Assembly: GCA_030625165.1 (NCBI GenBank)
Contig: DAOURL010000003.1
Span: forward strand, 1-38,707
DNA length: 38,707 nucleotides
Reading direction: 5' to 3'
DNA from: Methanosarcinales archaeon
Lineage (GTDB): Archaea; Halobacteriota; Methanosarcinia; Methanosarcinales; Methanogasteraceae
Part shown: piece by piece, positions 26,301 to 35,768 of the stretch
Layout of the letters: each line of letters opens with the position of its first letter
Numbering within the stretch: the stretch's first letter is position 1
Notes under the pieces: generated by a model
What the model was told of the DNA's origin: nothing
Databases searched by the model: none
What the model saw: only the letters and a program-made list of their open reading frames with translations
Program-made: the position numbers and the translations under genes

Positions 26301-28934
26301 ATGAAACAGATCAGTGCTCCAAAGAGAATCTCAAGGATAAAATTCGGCTTAATCTCACCGCGGGAATATCGGAATATGAGCGTCACCAGAATTATCACGG
26401 CAGATACTTATGATGAGGATGGTTTTCCGATCGATATGGGGCTCATGGATCCCAGACTCGGCGTCATCGATCCGGGATTGCGATGCAAAACCTGCAACGG
26501 AAGGGCTGGGGAGTGCCCGGGTCATTTTGGGCACATAGAACTGGTGGCACCCTGCGTGCACGTCGGGTTTGCCAAGCAGATACGGAATCTGCTCAGGAGT
26601 ACGTGCAGAAGTTGCAGCCGACTGCTTCTGGATGCAGGGCGGAAGAAAGAGTATATCGAGCAGATCTCGGCTCGGAGGAGTCAAGGGCAGACCATCGATT
26701 CACCGGTTGAACATGTCTTTGCCGAGGCGAGCAAGGTCGAAGTGTGCCCGTACTGCGGCGAGCACCAACTGAAGATCACGTACGAAAAACCGACCACGTA
26801 TTATGAGGACGGGGACAAACAGCTTCCAAGCGATATCAGGAATTGGTTCGAGCACATACCGGATGAAGATCTTCCTGTCTTTGGTATGGACCCGAACAAC
26901 GCGCGCCCCGAATGGATGATCCTGACGGTGCTGCCTGTGCCGCCGGTCACTGTGCGCCCGTCGATCACACTCCAGACAGGGCAGCGAAGCGAGGACGATC
27001 TGACACACAAACTCGTTGATATTATCAGGATAAACCAGAGGTTCCAGGAGAATAAGGAAGCGGGCGCGCCGCAGTTGATCATTGAGGATCTCTGGGAACT
27101 CTTGCAGTATCATGTAACCACTTTTATGGACAACAGCGTCTCAGGGATACCTCCGGCAAGGCATAGGAGCGGAAGACCCTTGAAGACCCTGTCCCAGCGC
27201 CTGAAAGGGAAGGAAGGGCGGTTCAGGGGCAGTCTCTCTGGCAAGCGTGTCAATTTCAGCGCGAGGACTGTTATCTCGCCGGATCCTAACCTGTCGATCA
27301 ACGAGGTCGGCATTCCTGAGGCGATTGCAAAAGAACTGACAGTCACGTTTAAGGTTGTGCCGAGAAACATCGAGGAACTCAGGGAGTACGTGCGCCGCGG
27401 TCCGACCAATCACCCGGGCGCGAACTACGTGGTCCGGACAGATGGGCACAGACTGCGGATCAGCGATACGACCCGCGAGGAGATTGCGGATATGCTCGAA
27501 TACGGATGGTTCGTGGACCGGCACCTCAAGGAGGGCGACATCGTGCTCTTCAACAGGCAGCCGTCGCTTCACAAGATGAGCATCATGGCGCACGAGGTCA
27601 GGGTCATGCCCGGAAAGACGTTCCGGTTAAATCCAGCGGTATGCCCGCCGTACAACGCTGATTTCGATGGCGATGAGATGAATCTTCACGTACAGCAGAA
27701 CGAAGAGGCAAGGGCAGAGGCAGCGATACTGATGCGGGTTCAGGAGAACATCCTCTCGCCACGATTTGGCGGTCCGATCATCGGCGGAATACACGATCAC
27801 ATAACAGGCATGTTCCTATTGACGCGTGAGAAAGCGATCGACAAGAACAGCGCACTCGAGATCCTGCGGAAATCAGGGGTGCGCGACCTGCCGCAGCCTG
27901 ACCATATCGAGGATGGCACCCCATACTGGACCGGAAAGCAGATATTCAGCCAGATTCTACCGGAAGGGTTAAACCTCGAATACAATGCAGAGATATGCGA
28001 GGAATGTGATGAATGCAAGAAGGAGAACTGCCCGAACGATGCGTATGTCGTCATAAGTAATGGGGAACTGCTCTGTGGGACCATCGATGAGAAATCGATC
28101 GGCGCGTTCAAGGGAAAGATCGTAAACAAGATCGTCAGGGAGTTCGGGACTGCTGCCGGGGCAGCGTTTATTGACAATATGACAAACCTTGCGATCCGGG
28201 GCATCATGTATCACGGATTCAGTTTCGGAATCGATGATGAGGATATCCCGAAAGAGGCGGTCAAACAGATACAGGAGATCAATAAGGACGCGATGTACGG
28301 AAAGGAGAGCATCGCAAGTCTGATCGACAAGTATGAACATAAAGAGCTTGAGTCGCTGCCCGGGCGAAGCAGCGAAGAGACGCTTGAGCTTCGGATCATG
28401 CAGATTCTCGGAAGGGTTCGTGACGAGGCTGGCGACAAGGCGGGATTGCATCTTGGTATCGATAACTCTGCTGTTGCGATGGCGGTTTCAGGAGCCCGTG
28501 GCTCGATGCTGAATCTTGCACAGATGGCTGCGTGTGTCGGACAGCAGTCGGTGCGGGGTGCCCGCATCCAGCGGGGGTACTCCGGTAGAACGCTTCCACA
28601 TTTCAAGAAAGGGGATCGCGGCGCAGAGGCGCACGGATTTGTACAGGCATCGTATAAGAGCGGGCTTTCTCCGGTCGAGTATTTCTTCCACGCCATCGGT
28701 GGCAGGGAGGGTCTCGTGGACACTGCTGTCAGGACGTCCCAGTCAGGGTATCTCCAGCGTAGGATGGTGAATGCGCTTCAGGATCTGGAGGCGCAGCATG
28801 ACGGCACGGTCAGGGACACCCGTGGCATGATCGTGCAGGCAAAATACGGCGAGGACGGAGTTGACCCGTCACGCGGCTTCGATCGTTACCACATACAGCG
28901 AATCGTAAAGGACGTGATGGAGGCACCAGAATGA
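26301..28934 (+). CDS. rpoA1: DNA-directed RNA polymerase subunit A' (Rpo1N)
   Basis: CPGHFGHIEL, GKRVNFSART, NRQPSLH, catalytic YNADFDGDEMN, GGREGLVDTAVRT. Start likely ATG 26301. Confidence 0.97.
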   Translation: MKQISAPKRISRIKFGLISPREYRNMSVTRIITADTYDEDGFPIDMGLMDPRLGVIDPGLRCKTCNGRAGECPGHFGHIELVAPCVHVGFAKQIRNLLRSTCRSCSRLLLDAGRKKEYIEQISARRSQGQTIDSPVEHVFAEASKVEVCPYCGEHQLKITYEKPTTYYEDGDKQLPSDIRNWFEHIPDEDLPVFGMDPNNARPEWMILTVLPVPPVTVRPSITLQTGQRSEDDLTHKLVDIIRINQRFQENKEAGAPQLIIEDLWELLQYHVTTFMDNSVSGIPPARHRSGRPLKTLSQRLKGKEGRFRGSLSGKRVNFSARTVISPDPNLSINEVGIPEAIAKELTVTFKVVPRNIEELREYVRRGPTNHPGANYVVRTDGHRLRISDTTREEIADMLEYGWFVDRHLKEGDIVLFNRQPSLHKMSIMAHEVRVMPGKTFRLNPAVCPPYNADFDGDEMNLHVQQNEEARAEAAILMRVQENILSPRFGGPIIGGIHDHITGMFLLTREKAIDKNSALEILRKSGVRDLPQPDHIEDGTPYWTGKQIFSQILPEGLNLEYNAEICEECDECKKENCPNDAYVVISNGELLCGTIDEKSIGAFKGKIVNKIVREFGTAAGAAFIDNMTNLAIRGIMYHGFSFGIDDEDIPKEAVKQIQEINKDAMYGKESIASLIDKYEHKELESLPGRSSEETLELRIMQILGRVRDEAGDKAGLHLGIDNSAVAMAVSGARGSMLNLAQMAACVGQQSVRGARIQRGYSGRTLPHFKKGDRGAEAHGFVQASYKSGLSPVEYFFHAIGGREGLVDTAVRTSQSGYLQRRMVNALQDLEAQHDGTVRDTRGMIVQAKYGEDGVDPSRGFDRYHIQRIVKDVMEAPE

Positions 28935-30067
28935 CCGTAACAGCAGATAGTATCGAGAAGAGTGTAAGCGCGCTCTCATTGCCGCCAAAGATCAGGGATA
29001 CCCTTCGAGAGGAGCTCCTGGAAGTCAAACCGACCAGGAAACAACTGGATGAGATCATCGACCACGTTATGAGCGGGTATGCGGCTGCTTGCATCGAGCC
29101 GTGTGATCCGGTCGGAGTGGTTGCCGCGCAGTCGATAGGCGAACCCGGGACGCAGATGACGATGCGTACCTTCCATTACGCTGGTGTCGCCGAGATCAAC
29201 GTAACGCTCGGGCTCCCGAGGTTGATCGAGATCCTTGATGCGCGAAAGAATCCGAGTACACCGGTGATGACCGTATATCTGAGAGACGGCGCAAGCAAAA
29301 AGAAAGCCCATGATGTTGCATGGGAGCTCCAGAAGACGACCATCGCAGATCTGGGCGGAATTATTACAGACCGCGCAAATTTGGTGATCTTAATCGAAGT
29401 GGATGAGGATACCCTGTATGAACGAGACCTGACACTATCCGACATCATCGAAAAACTCGAAGCCAAACTAAAGATCCCGATCGAGGTGGAGGGGTACACG
29501 CTCAGCCTCAGTCCGAAGGAGTCCAATCTTGGTTCGCTGGTGCAGTTGGGCAGGAATCTTAAGAAAGTACTGATCAAAGGCATTGAGGCGATCCCAAGGG
29601 TGGTTATACAGAAGGAAGGTCTTGAATACGTGCTCTATACCGAAGGCACGGCACTTCAGGAGGTTTTCGATATCGAGGGCGTCGACCCTGCCCGAACGAT
29701 CTCCAACCACCCCGGCGAGATGTGCGAGGTCTTCGGGATCGAGGCTGCCAGAAACTCAATTGTAAAGGAGATCATGGAGACACTGCGCGAACAGGGGTTA
29801 AACGTGGATGTAAAACACATCATGCTCGCATCAGACATGATGACCTGCGACGGAGAGGTCAAGCAGATCGGAAGGCACGGACTATCCGGCGAGAAGGCGA
29901 GCATCCTCGCTCGGGCTGCATTCGAGGTGACCGTGAATCACCTGATCGACGCCGGCATACGCGGTGAGATCGATGAGTTAAGCGGCGTCACCGAGAACGT
30001 AATCGTCGGGCAGCCGATCAATCTCGGAACCGGGGATGTGCATCTGGTCGCAAAGCCGCCTGCGTGA
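28931..30067 (+). CDS. rpoA2: DNA-directed RNA polymerase subunit A'' (Rpo1C)
   Basis: AAQSIGEPGTQMTMRTFH, GLPRLIEI, ARAAFE, GVTENVIVGQ; ATGA overlap with rpoA1. Confidence 0.97.
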   Translation: MTVTADSIEKSVSALSLPPKIRDTLREELLEVKPTRKQLDEIIDHVMSGYAAACIEPCDPVGVVAAQSIGEPGTQMTMRTFHYAGVAEINVTLGLPRLIEILDARKNPSTPVMTVYLRDGASKKKAHDVAWELQKTTIADLGGIITDRANLVILIEVDEDTLYERDLTLSDIIEKLEAKLKIPIEVEGYTLSLSPKESNLGSLVQLGRNLKKVLIKGIEAIPRVVIQKEGLEYVLYTEGTALQEVFDIEGVDPARTISNHPGEMCEVFGIEAARNSIVKEIMETLREQGLNVDVKHIMLASDMMTCDGEVKQIGRHGLSGEKASILARAAFEVTVNHLIDAGIRGEIDELSGVTENVIVGQPINLGTGDVHLVAKPPA

Positions 30068-30088
30068 GTTCATAGTTCCATTTCAGGT

Positions 30089-30217
30089 TCAGGTCCGCGC
30101 TACATTCTCGCTCCCACACTGTGGACAGGTGACCGGAATGAAGTTCGGATCTGCTTGGAACGTGAACCCACACACACCGCATACGAAGTAGACCAGTGAC
30201 TGATCAATATCATCCAT
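30089..30217 (-). CDS. 42-aa small CPxCG-type zinc-finger protein (below the ORF-track cutoff)
   Basis: Manual translation MDDIDQSLVYFVCGVCGFTFQADPNFIPVTCPQCGSENVART; TTTATA about 25 nt upstream on the minus strand. Confidence 0.8.
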   Translation of the reverse strand: MDDIDQSLVYFVCGVCGFTFQADPNFIPVTCPQCGSENVART

Positions 30218-30324
30218 GGTAATTATTATTGCGTGGTGGTATATAAATGTTGTTATCAGGGCGGGGGTTCACGACTCCCCGCTTCACCCAAGCGTTTAAT
30301 ATATCAGGTGTCGCACCAACTTTC

Positions 30325-30465
30325 ATGGAACCATGCAGGGCATGCTACAAAGAATGTGGAACTATAAGATTGTGCAAGAACGAACCCCTGCCGCTCGGAG
30401 AGGTCAATTTCGAGTTGATGGAAGGATTTGAATACTCGATGGCTGAATGGATGGCTTACCTGTAA
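30325..30465 (+). CDS. 46-aa Cys-rich hypothetical protein directly upstream of ccmC
   Basis: MEPCRACYKECGTIRLCKNEPLPLGEVNFELMEGFEYSMAEWMAYL; TTTAATAT about 25 nt upstream; stop 2 nt before the ccmC ATG. Confidence 0.5.
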   Translation: MEPCRACYKECGTIRLCKNEPLPLGEVNFELMEGFEYSMAEWMAYL

Positions 30466-30467
30466 AT

Positions 30468-31142
30468 ATGAATAAACGCAACATATTCTACCTGATAACC
30501 GCTGTAGTCCTGATCGCGGCGACCTACATGGTCTTCACGAGCCCAGCGATCAACCCGGGCGAACGCCCGACGCTATTGAGCGATGACGAATGGCAAAACC
30601 GGGTCCAGAGTTACAGGGTATTCTATTTCCATGTCCCGCTCGCATGGGTTTCATATCTAGCGTTCTTTCTGGTATTCATCGCGAGCATCAGGTATCTCCA
30701 AACATCTCATGTAAAATGGGATGTCTATGCAGCATCTTCTGCTGAAATTGGAGCTGTTTTCTGCGCTCTCAATCTCCTAAGCGGTATGCTGTGGGCAAAG
30801 GGAGCGTGGGGGATCTACTGGGACTGGACTCCACGCCTTACCTTTCAACTCATCTTGTTTTTGCTTTATGTATCGTACATAACATTGCGGCGTGCGATGG
30901 AGTCAGAGAGCCGTGCACGCTCATCTGCGGTATTCGGAATCATAGCATTCGCCGCGGTACCGATGAGTTACCTCTCGATCAAACTCTGGCCTCCGTTGTA
31001 TCATCCCGACCTGACAGGTGAGGGTGGCGGCATCGATAGCCCGATCATCGTGTACACGCTCCTCATTAATATATTAGCATACACATTATTATACCTCTCG
31101 CTGCTCACCATCAGGATGGATAATGAACGCGCTCTATCATGA
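30468..31142 (+). CDS. ccmC: Cytochrome c biogenesis heme-handling protein CcmC
   Basis: FYFHVP, Trp-rich WAKGAWGIYWDWTPRLT, LYHP; multiple TM helices. Confidence 0.88.
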   Translation: MNKRNIFYLITAVVLIAATYMVFTSPAINPGERPTLLSDDEWQNRVQSYRVFYFHVPLAWVSYLAFFLVFIASIRYLQTSHVKWDVYAASSAEIGAVFCALNLLSGMLWAKGAWGIYWDWTPRLTFQLILFLLYVSYITLRRAMESESRARSSAVFGIIAFAAVPMSYLSIKLWPPLYHPDLTGEGGGIDSPIIVYTLLINILAYTLLYLSLLTIRMDNERALS

Positions 31143-31192
31143 ATCCGCATCTTCTCGTAATCCTTAATTACAACCGCGCTTAAGTCTCTACC

Positions 31193-32803
31193 ATGCCAGT
31201 AATCACCCTCTATTACACCGATCTTGAGAATCTGATCGGGACGGATCGGGATACGATACAGGGCCGCATCCCGATGATCGGTGCCGACATCGAGCGCGTA
31301 TATGACGATTACGTGGATATCGAGTTCTTTCCTGACCGCCCTGACCTCTACAGCGTCGAAGGCGTAGCCCGGGCTATGCGCGGGTTTCTCGATATCGAAA
31401 CAGGCATTCCTGAGTACGAGGTCGGGCAGTCAGGGATTACGATCACATCCGATCACGAAATCGGAAAGATACGCCCGCATCTTGCCTGTGCAGTAGTAAA
31501 GGGCATCAAATTCACCCCATATTCCATAGAGTCGCTGATGAGCCTGCAGGAGGATCTGCACTGGGGAATCGGGCGCAACCGCTCGAAGGTATCGATCGGC
31601 GTTCACGATCTCGACCGTGTGACTCCGCCGTTCGAGTACATCGCAGCAGACCCTTCCTTCGAATTTGTCCCTCTCGATTTCGATGTCCCGATGTCGATGG
31701 ATGAGATTCTCACAGAGCATCCGAAAGGGGTTAAATTCGCACATCTCGTCGAAAAATTCGATAAATACCCTCTGATTCTCGATTCTCTCGGAAACGTGCT
31801 ATCATTTCCGCCGATCATCAACGGGACACTAACACGCGTGAGAGACGAGACTGAAGACCTGTTCATTGAGGTTACCGGCACGGACAAATCCGTATCTGTT
31901 GCACTAAACATCGTAACAACCGCACTTGCTGAACGCGGCGGGAAGATCGAGTCTGTGCAAATACAGACCCCTGAAACCGGATGCACGACACCGAACCTCG
32001 ATCCTGTAACGCGCCGGATCGCGGTCGGCGATGCAAACGCTCTGCTCGGGCTGAATATTAGCCGCGACCAGATCATGCAGTGCCTCAGGAGGATGCGTTT
32101 TGGAGCGGTACACTTTCGGGACGATGCGATCGAGGTGAGCGTGCCCGCGTACCGTGCAGACATCATGCATGACTATGACATATTCGAGGATGTTGCGATC
32201 GGGTATGGGTACGAAAGAATCGCGCCCCTACTTCCTGAGACGATGACCATCGGAGAAGAGCACCACATATCCCTTGTAAAGGCAGGTCTTCGCGATATCA
32301 TGGTGGGGCTTGGTTTTTACGAAGTCATGCCGTTTACGCTAACAAGCGAGACCGTGCATTTCGAGAAGATGCAGAGACCGCACACAAGCGCCACACAGGT
32401 CATGCACCCGATCACAATAGAGCAGACGATGCTGCGCACGACGATCCTTCCGAACTTGCTTGAGATACTCTCGTTTAACCAGCACCGGGAACTGCCGCAG
32501 CGCATCTTCGAGGTCGGGGATGTGGTTGCTCGCGGCAGGAATGCTGTTCATCTTGCCGCGGTCGCAATCGACCCACATGCGAACTTCAGCGAGATCAGGT
32601 CAATGGTGGATGCTGTGATGCACGAACGGGTGGTTGCTTACGAGATCGCCGAGTCGGATGATCCTGCGTTCATCGAGGGCAGGCGTGCCGACATCATCGC
32701 TGGCGGCAGGCGTGCCGGAGTCTTTGGGGAGGTGCATCCCGGGGTGATACTGAACTTCGGACTGGACCAGCCGATCATCGGGTTTGAGATGGGGGGGCTG
32801 TGA
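31193..32803 (+). CDS. pheT: Phenylalanine-tRNA ligase beta subunit
   Basis: [50 protein letters not shown]. Confidence 0.96.
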   Translation: MPVITLYYTDLENLIGTDRDTIQGRIPMIGADIERVYDDYVDIEFFPDRPDLYSVEGVARAMRGFLDIETGIPEYEVGQSGITITSDHEIGKIRPHLACAVVKGIKFTPYSIESLMSLQEDLHWGIGRNRSKVSIGVHDLDRVTPPFEYIAADPSFEFVPLDFDVPMSMDEILTEHPKGVKFAHLVEKFDKYPLILDSLGNVLSFPPIINGTLTRVRDETEDLFIEVTGTDKSVSVALNIVTTALAERGGKIESVQIQTPETGCTTPNLDPVTRRIAVGDANALLGLNISRDQIMQCLRRMRFGAVHFRDDAIEVSVPAYRADIMHDYDIFEDVAIGYGYERIAPLLPETMTIGEEHHISLVKAGLRDIMVGLGFYEVMPFTLTSETVHFEKMQRPHTSATQVMHPITIEQTMLRTTILPNLLEILSFNQHRELPQRIFEVGDVVARGRNAVHLAAVAIDPHANFSEIRSMVDAVMHERVVAYEIAESDDPAFIEGRRADIIAGGRRAGVFGEVHPGVILNFGLDQPIIGFEMGGL

Positions 32804-32850
32804 TCACCCCGGATCTGGCTTTGGGTCTGGCTCATTACAGGCACGCATAC

Positions 32851-32922
32851 ACAACTGATATGGTTGTATCACAAATTACAACTTTTACGGTTGTATAATA
32901 GATTACAACCAACACAGGTTGT
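32851..32922. promoter_or_regulatory. Three palindromic ACAAC-N7/8-GTTGT boxes at 27-bp spacing upstream of satD (putative operators)
   Basis: ACAACTGATATGGTTGT (32851), ACAACTTTTACGGTTGT (32878), ACAACCAACACAGGTTGT (32905); TTTTTATAT overlaps the end of box 3. Confidence 0.7.
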
Positions 32923-32954
32923 TTTTATATGCGATGGCTGACATAGTATGAACT

Positions 32955-33611
32955 ATGGAACAGAAGCTCTACGTGCTGTTGGGCGATGTTGTCCAATCCC
33001 GCCGGATAAGCGATCGGGAGGATTTTCAAAACAGAGTTGAGGAAACCTGTAAAAAAATAAACGCCCTGTATGCAGAGGATATGTACGCAGATTTCAAAAT
33101 TCTAAAAGGGATCGACGAGATAGGAGGCGTGTTATCGGGTATGTCGAGCGCTTATGGGATTATCGCCACCATATCAGAAGAACTTCACCCAAATTCAATG
33201 CGTTTCGCGCTGGTCTTTGATTACATCGATACTGCCATAGAAACCAGAAACGTAACAAAGATGGACGGCTCCGCATTTCACAAGGCATCGGACATGTTAC
33301 ATAGACTCAAAAGCTCAAAATTGATCTTCGACATGTCTGTCGGCGACACGACAATCGATACCGCAATAGCCGGACAGGTCAATTTAATTTTGCTGCTGAA
33401 GCGAAATTGGTCTGCACGACAGCATCAGGTAGTCAGGGAATATGAACGAACTAAAAATCAATCCGCTGTGGCAGAAAACTTGGGAATAACCCAGCAAGCA
33501 GTCTCAAAAATACTTAACCGTTCGATGTGGAAGGAGATCAAGACAATTGAAGAAAATTTAAGTCTTGTGCTGCGTAATTACCATCAAGCATCGGGAACGG
33601 GATGTAGATGA
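32955..33611 (+). CDS. SatD-family protein with C-terminal HTH
   Basis: YVLLGDVVQSR, GIDEI.G, MDGSAF..A, NQSAVAENLGITQQAVSKIL. Confidence 0.85.
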   Translation: MEQKLYVLLGDVVQSRRISDREDFQNRVEETCKKINALYAEDMYADFKILKGIDEIGGVLSGMSSAYGIIATISEELHPNSMRFALVFDYIDTAIETRNVTKMDGSAFHKASDMLHRLKSSKLIFDMSVGDTTIDTAIAGQVNLILLLKRNWSARQHQVVREYERTKNQSAVAENLGITQQAVSKILNRSMWKEIKTIEENLSLVLRNYHQASGTGCR

Positions 33612-33973
33612 TGATCGAACACATAAACCCAACCGAAACAGCCATCCTTGTAGGCGGATATGTCGTTTTACTTGCTACAAGCGGGATCGTAGTGAACTTC
33701 ATCCTGTCTGATATCTCAGGAGAACCCATAAGCCGAAAAATTGGCAAGGAAGCGCGTGATACTGGTTTCATAATCGGGAAATGTGAAAACCTGTTGATAC
33801 TTACCTTTGTGATTCTGGACGCATATACAGCGATGTCGGTGATATTCGCTGCAAAAACCATAGTTCGCAGAGACGATATGGCTAAAAATTCATTATTCTT
33901 TCTTGCAGGGACGATGGTTAATGTCACTTATTCGCTGATGGTTGGCTTAATTATAAAACTGCTTATATGTTAA
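33608..33973 (+). CDS. Small membrane protein, DUF3307-like partner of SatD
   Basis: TGFIIGKCENLLI, AAKTIVR, FFLAGTMVN; ATGA overlap with satD. Confidence 0.7.
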   Translation: MMIEHINPTETAILVGGYVVLLATSGIVVNFILSDISGEPISRKIGKEARDTGFIIGKCENLLILTFVILDAYTAMSVIFAAKTIVRRDDMAKNSLFFLAGTMVNVTYSLMVGLIIKLLIC

Positions 33974-33987
33974 CTGGGACGCCGCCC

Positions 33988-35391
33988 TCACAGGCACGCA
34001 TCGACAAACGCCTCAGCAAACCGCAGATACGAGCACGCGTGAAGATGCGCATATCCTGCAAGCGTGTTCTCGACCATGATCCCGTCCCAGCCATCTTTGA
34101 TCCCGACCCCCCGCGTAAGCCGGATCGCAAAGGTGGCATCGCCGATATCCGTGACCGACGAATGATGGAACTCATGCCCCCTGAATGAGTCGCCGACTCC
34201 CCCGATCGGCGTATCCGTCGTGAACGAGCCGATATTGTAACTCACGACCTTGCCGCCCATCTCAACCGTGGCAGGGATTGCGCCGACCATCTCGAATGCC
34301 TCGCCAGACATCCCGTGCATGCCGCTCTTTGTGACTATCTGCTCTGCAAGATACATCAGCCCGCCGCACTCGCCGTATATCGGCATGCCGCCTGCCGATG
34401 CCTTTCGTATGCCCTGCCGGATGCGCTTGTTCGCTTCGAGTTCCTTTGCAAAGAGTTCGGGATAGCCGCCGCCTATGTAGATTCCGTCCACGTCGGGGAG
34501 CGTTCTGTCATGGAGCGGACTGAAATAGACGATATCTGCGCCATGCAACCTCAGAAGATCAAGGTTATCCGCATAATAGAAATTAAACGCCTCGTCAAGC
34601 GCAACACCGATCCTGATCTTCGCCCTGCCGCCGGCATCACCTCCCGCAAAGATTGAGGGTTCTCCGACATCGAGCGGTTCAGCCGTCTCTGCGATATCGG
34701 TCAGCTGCTCGAGGTCGATGTTTTCTGAAACGATCTCTGTTATCCTGGAGATGCGCTCCCTGAATTCAGGAGACTGCCTGCCCTCATTCACAGGAACCAG
34801 ACCCAGATGCCGCATCGTAAGCCCCATGGCATCGTCTCTCGGAACCGTGCCGATGACAGGGATGCCGGTGTAGTGCTCGATAGCGGATACCGCCTTTTCA
34901 GCGTGTCTTCTGCTTCCGATCTTATTGAGGATCACGCCTCTGATATCAACCGCAGGATCAAACGCCCTGTAGCCCATGACCACTGCGGCTGCGCTTCGTG
35001 TGATGCTCCTCGCATCGATTAGTAGGATCACAGGACATTTCAGTGCCTTTGCGACCTGAGCCGTGCTTCCAAGATCGCTCAACCCCTCGAATCCTTCGTA
35101 TAGCCCCCGAACTCCCTCGATGATGGCTAAATCAGCATTCCTCTCGTCCAGTGCATGGGAGAACGTCTCGAGCACAGCGTCTTCTGTCATCAGATAGCCG
35201 TCGAGATTCCTGCACCGATTTTTGCATGCGAGTGTGTGGTAACTCGGATCGATGTAATCGAGACCTACCTTAAACGGCTGCACGTCCAGATGCTTGCTAA
35301 GCGCAGCCATGATCCCGGTGCAGACCGTGGTCTTTCCTGCAGACGACCGATCAGCAGCGATGAGCACTCTGGGGGTGTTATTTTGTGTCAT
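33988..35391 (-). CDS. cfbB: Ni-sirohydrochlorin a,c-diamide synthase (CbiA/CobB family; coenzyme F430 synthesis)
   Basis: IAADRSSAGKTT, FKVGLDYIDP, EGVRGLYEG, RHLGL, GGGYPE, YGECGGLMYL, GHEFH. The DRSSAGKT/GLDYID/GVRGLY variants fit CfbB better than CbiA (recall, not searched). Confidence 0.82.
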   Translation of the reverse strand: MTQNNTPRVLIAADRSSAGKTTVCTGIMAALSKHLDVQPFKVGLDYIDPSYHTLACKNRCRNLDGYLMTEDAVLETFSHALDERNADLAIIEGVRGLYEGFEGLSDLGSTAQVAKALKCPVILLIDARSITRSAAAVVMGYRAFDPAVDIRGVILNKIGSRRHAEKAVSAIEHYTGIPVIGTVPRDDAMGLTMRHLGLVPVNEGRQSPEFRERISRITEIVSENIDLEQLTDIAETAEPLDVGEPSIFAGGDAGGRAKIRIGVALDEAFNFYYADNLDLLRLHGADIVYFSPLHDRTLPDVDGIYIGGGYPELFAKELEANKRIRQGIRKASAGGMPIYGECGGLMYLAEQIVTKSGMHGMSGEAFEMVGAIPATVEMGGKVVSYNIGSFTTDTPIGGVGDSFRGHEFHHSSVTDIGDATFAIRLTRGVGIKDGWDGIMVENTLAGYAHLHACSYLRFAEAFVDACL

Positions 35392-35582
35392 TGTGATTTG
35401 ATCGTTGTGTGAAAGAGGTTGTAATATCAATTAAACTTTTTTGACGCGATGGGGCGGATACGAAAGCAGACAACCAGAAAGTTTAATGTACCCCTGATTC
35501 ATAGATCGAGCGATGCATGGCTATCAGAACGGTGATGAACTTGTGCGATGAAGAAGAGCAGACGCAATTGGAAGGTGAGACC

Positions 35583-35759
35583 ATGTCCGACATACAACTG
35601 GATAATGGCATCACGATATCGGTCGGTGACATCGAGATCAGCGTACACAGCAATGAACTGACATTCGATGAACTCGAGGAACGGTTGTTTGCTATCATCG
35701 ACAATGTTGACAGGCGATTTGCGAACAGAGACAAGAATTATATGAATTATACGGTTTGA
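35583..35759 (+). CDS. Small acidic hypothetical protein upstream of pdxS (alternative start 35517)
   Basis: GAAGGTGA RBS before ATG 35583; stop abuts the pdxS RBS GAGGTG. Confidence 0.6.
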   Translation: MSDIQLDNGITISVGDIEISVHSNELTFDELEERLFAIIDNVDRRFANRDKNYMNYTV

Positions 35760-35768
35760 GGTGGATAA

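Noticed and set aside
30259-30290. tRNA-like fragment GGGGGTTCACGACTCCCCGC
   Set aside because: Only a GC hairpin; no proper T-loop length or other tRNA arms.
32851-32922. Mini CRISPR array
   Set aside because: The 27-bp period is too short for repeat plus spacer, the variable part lies inside each palindrome, and no cas genes are present.
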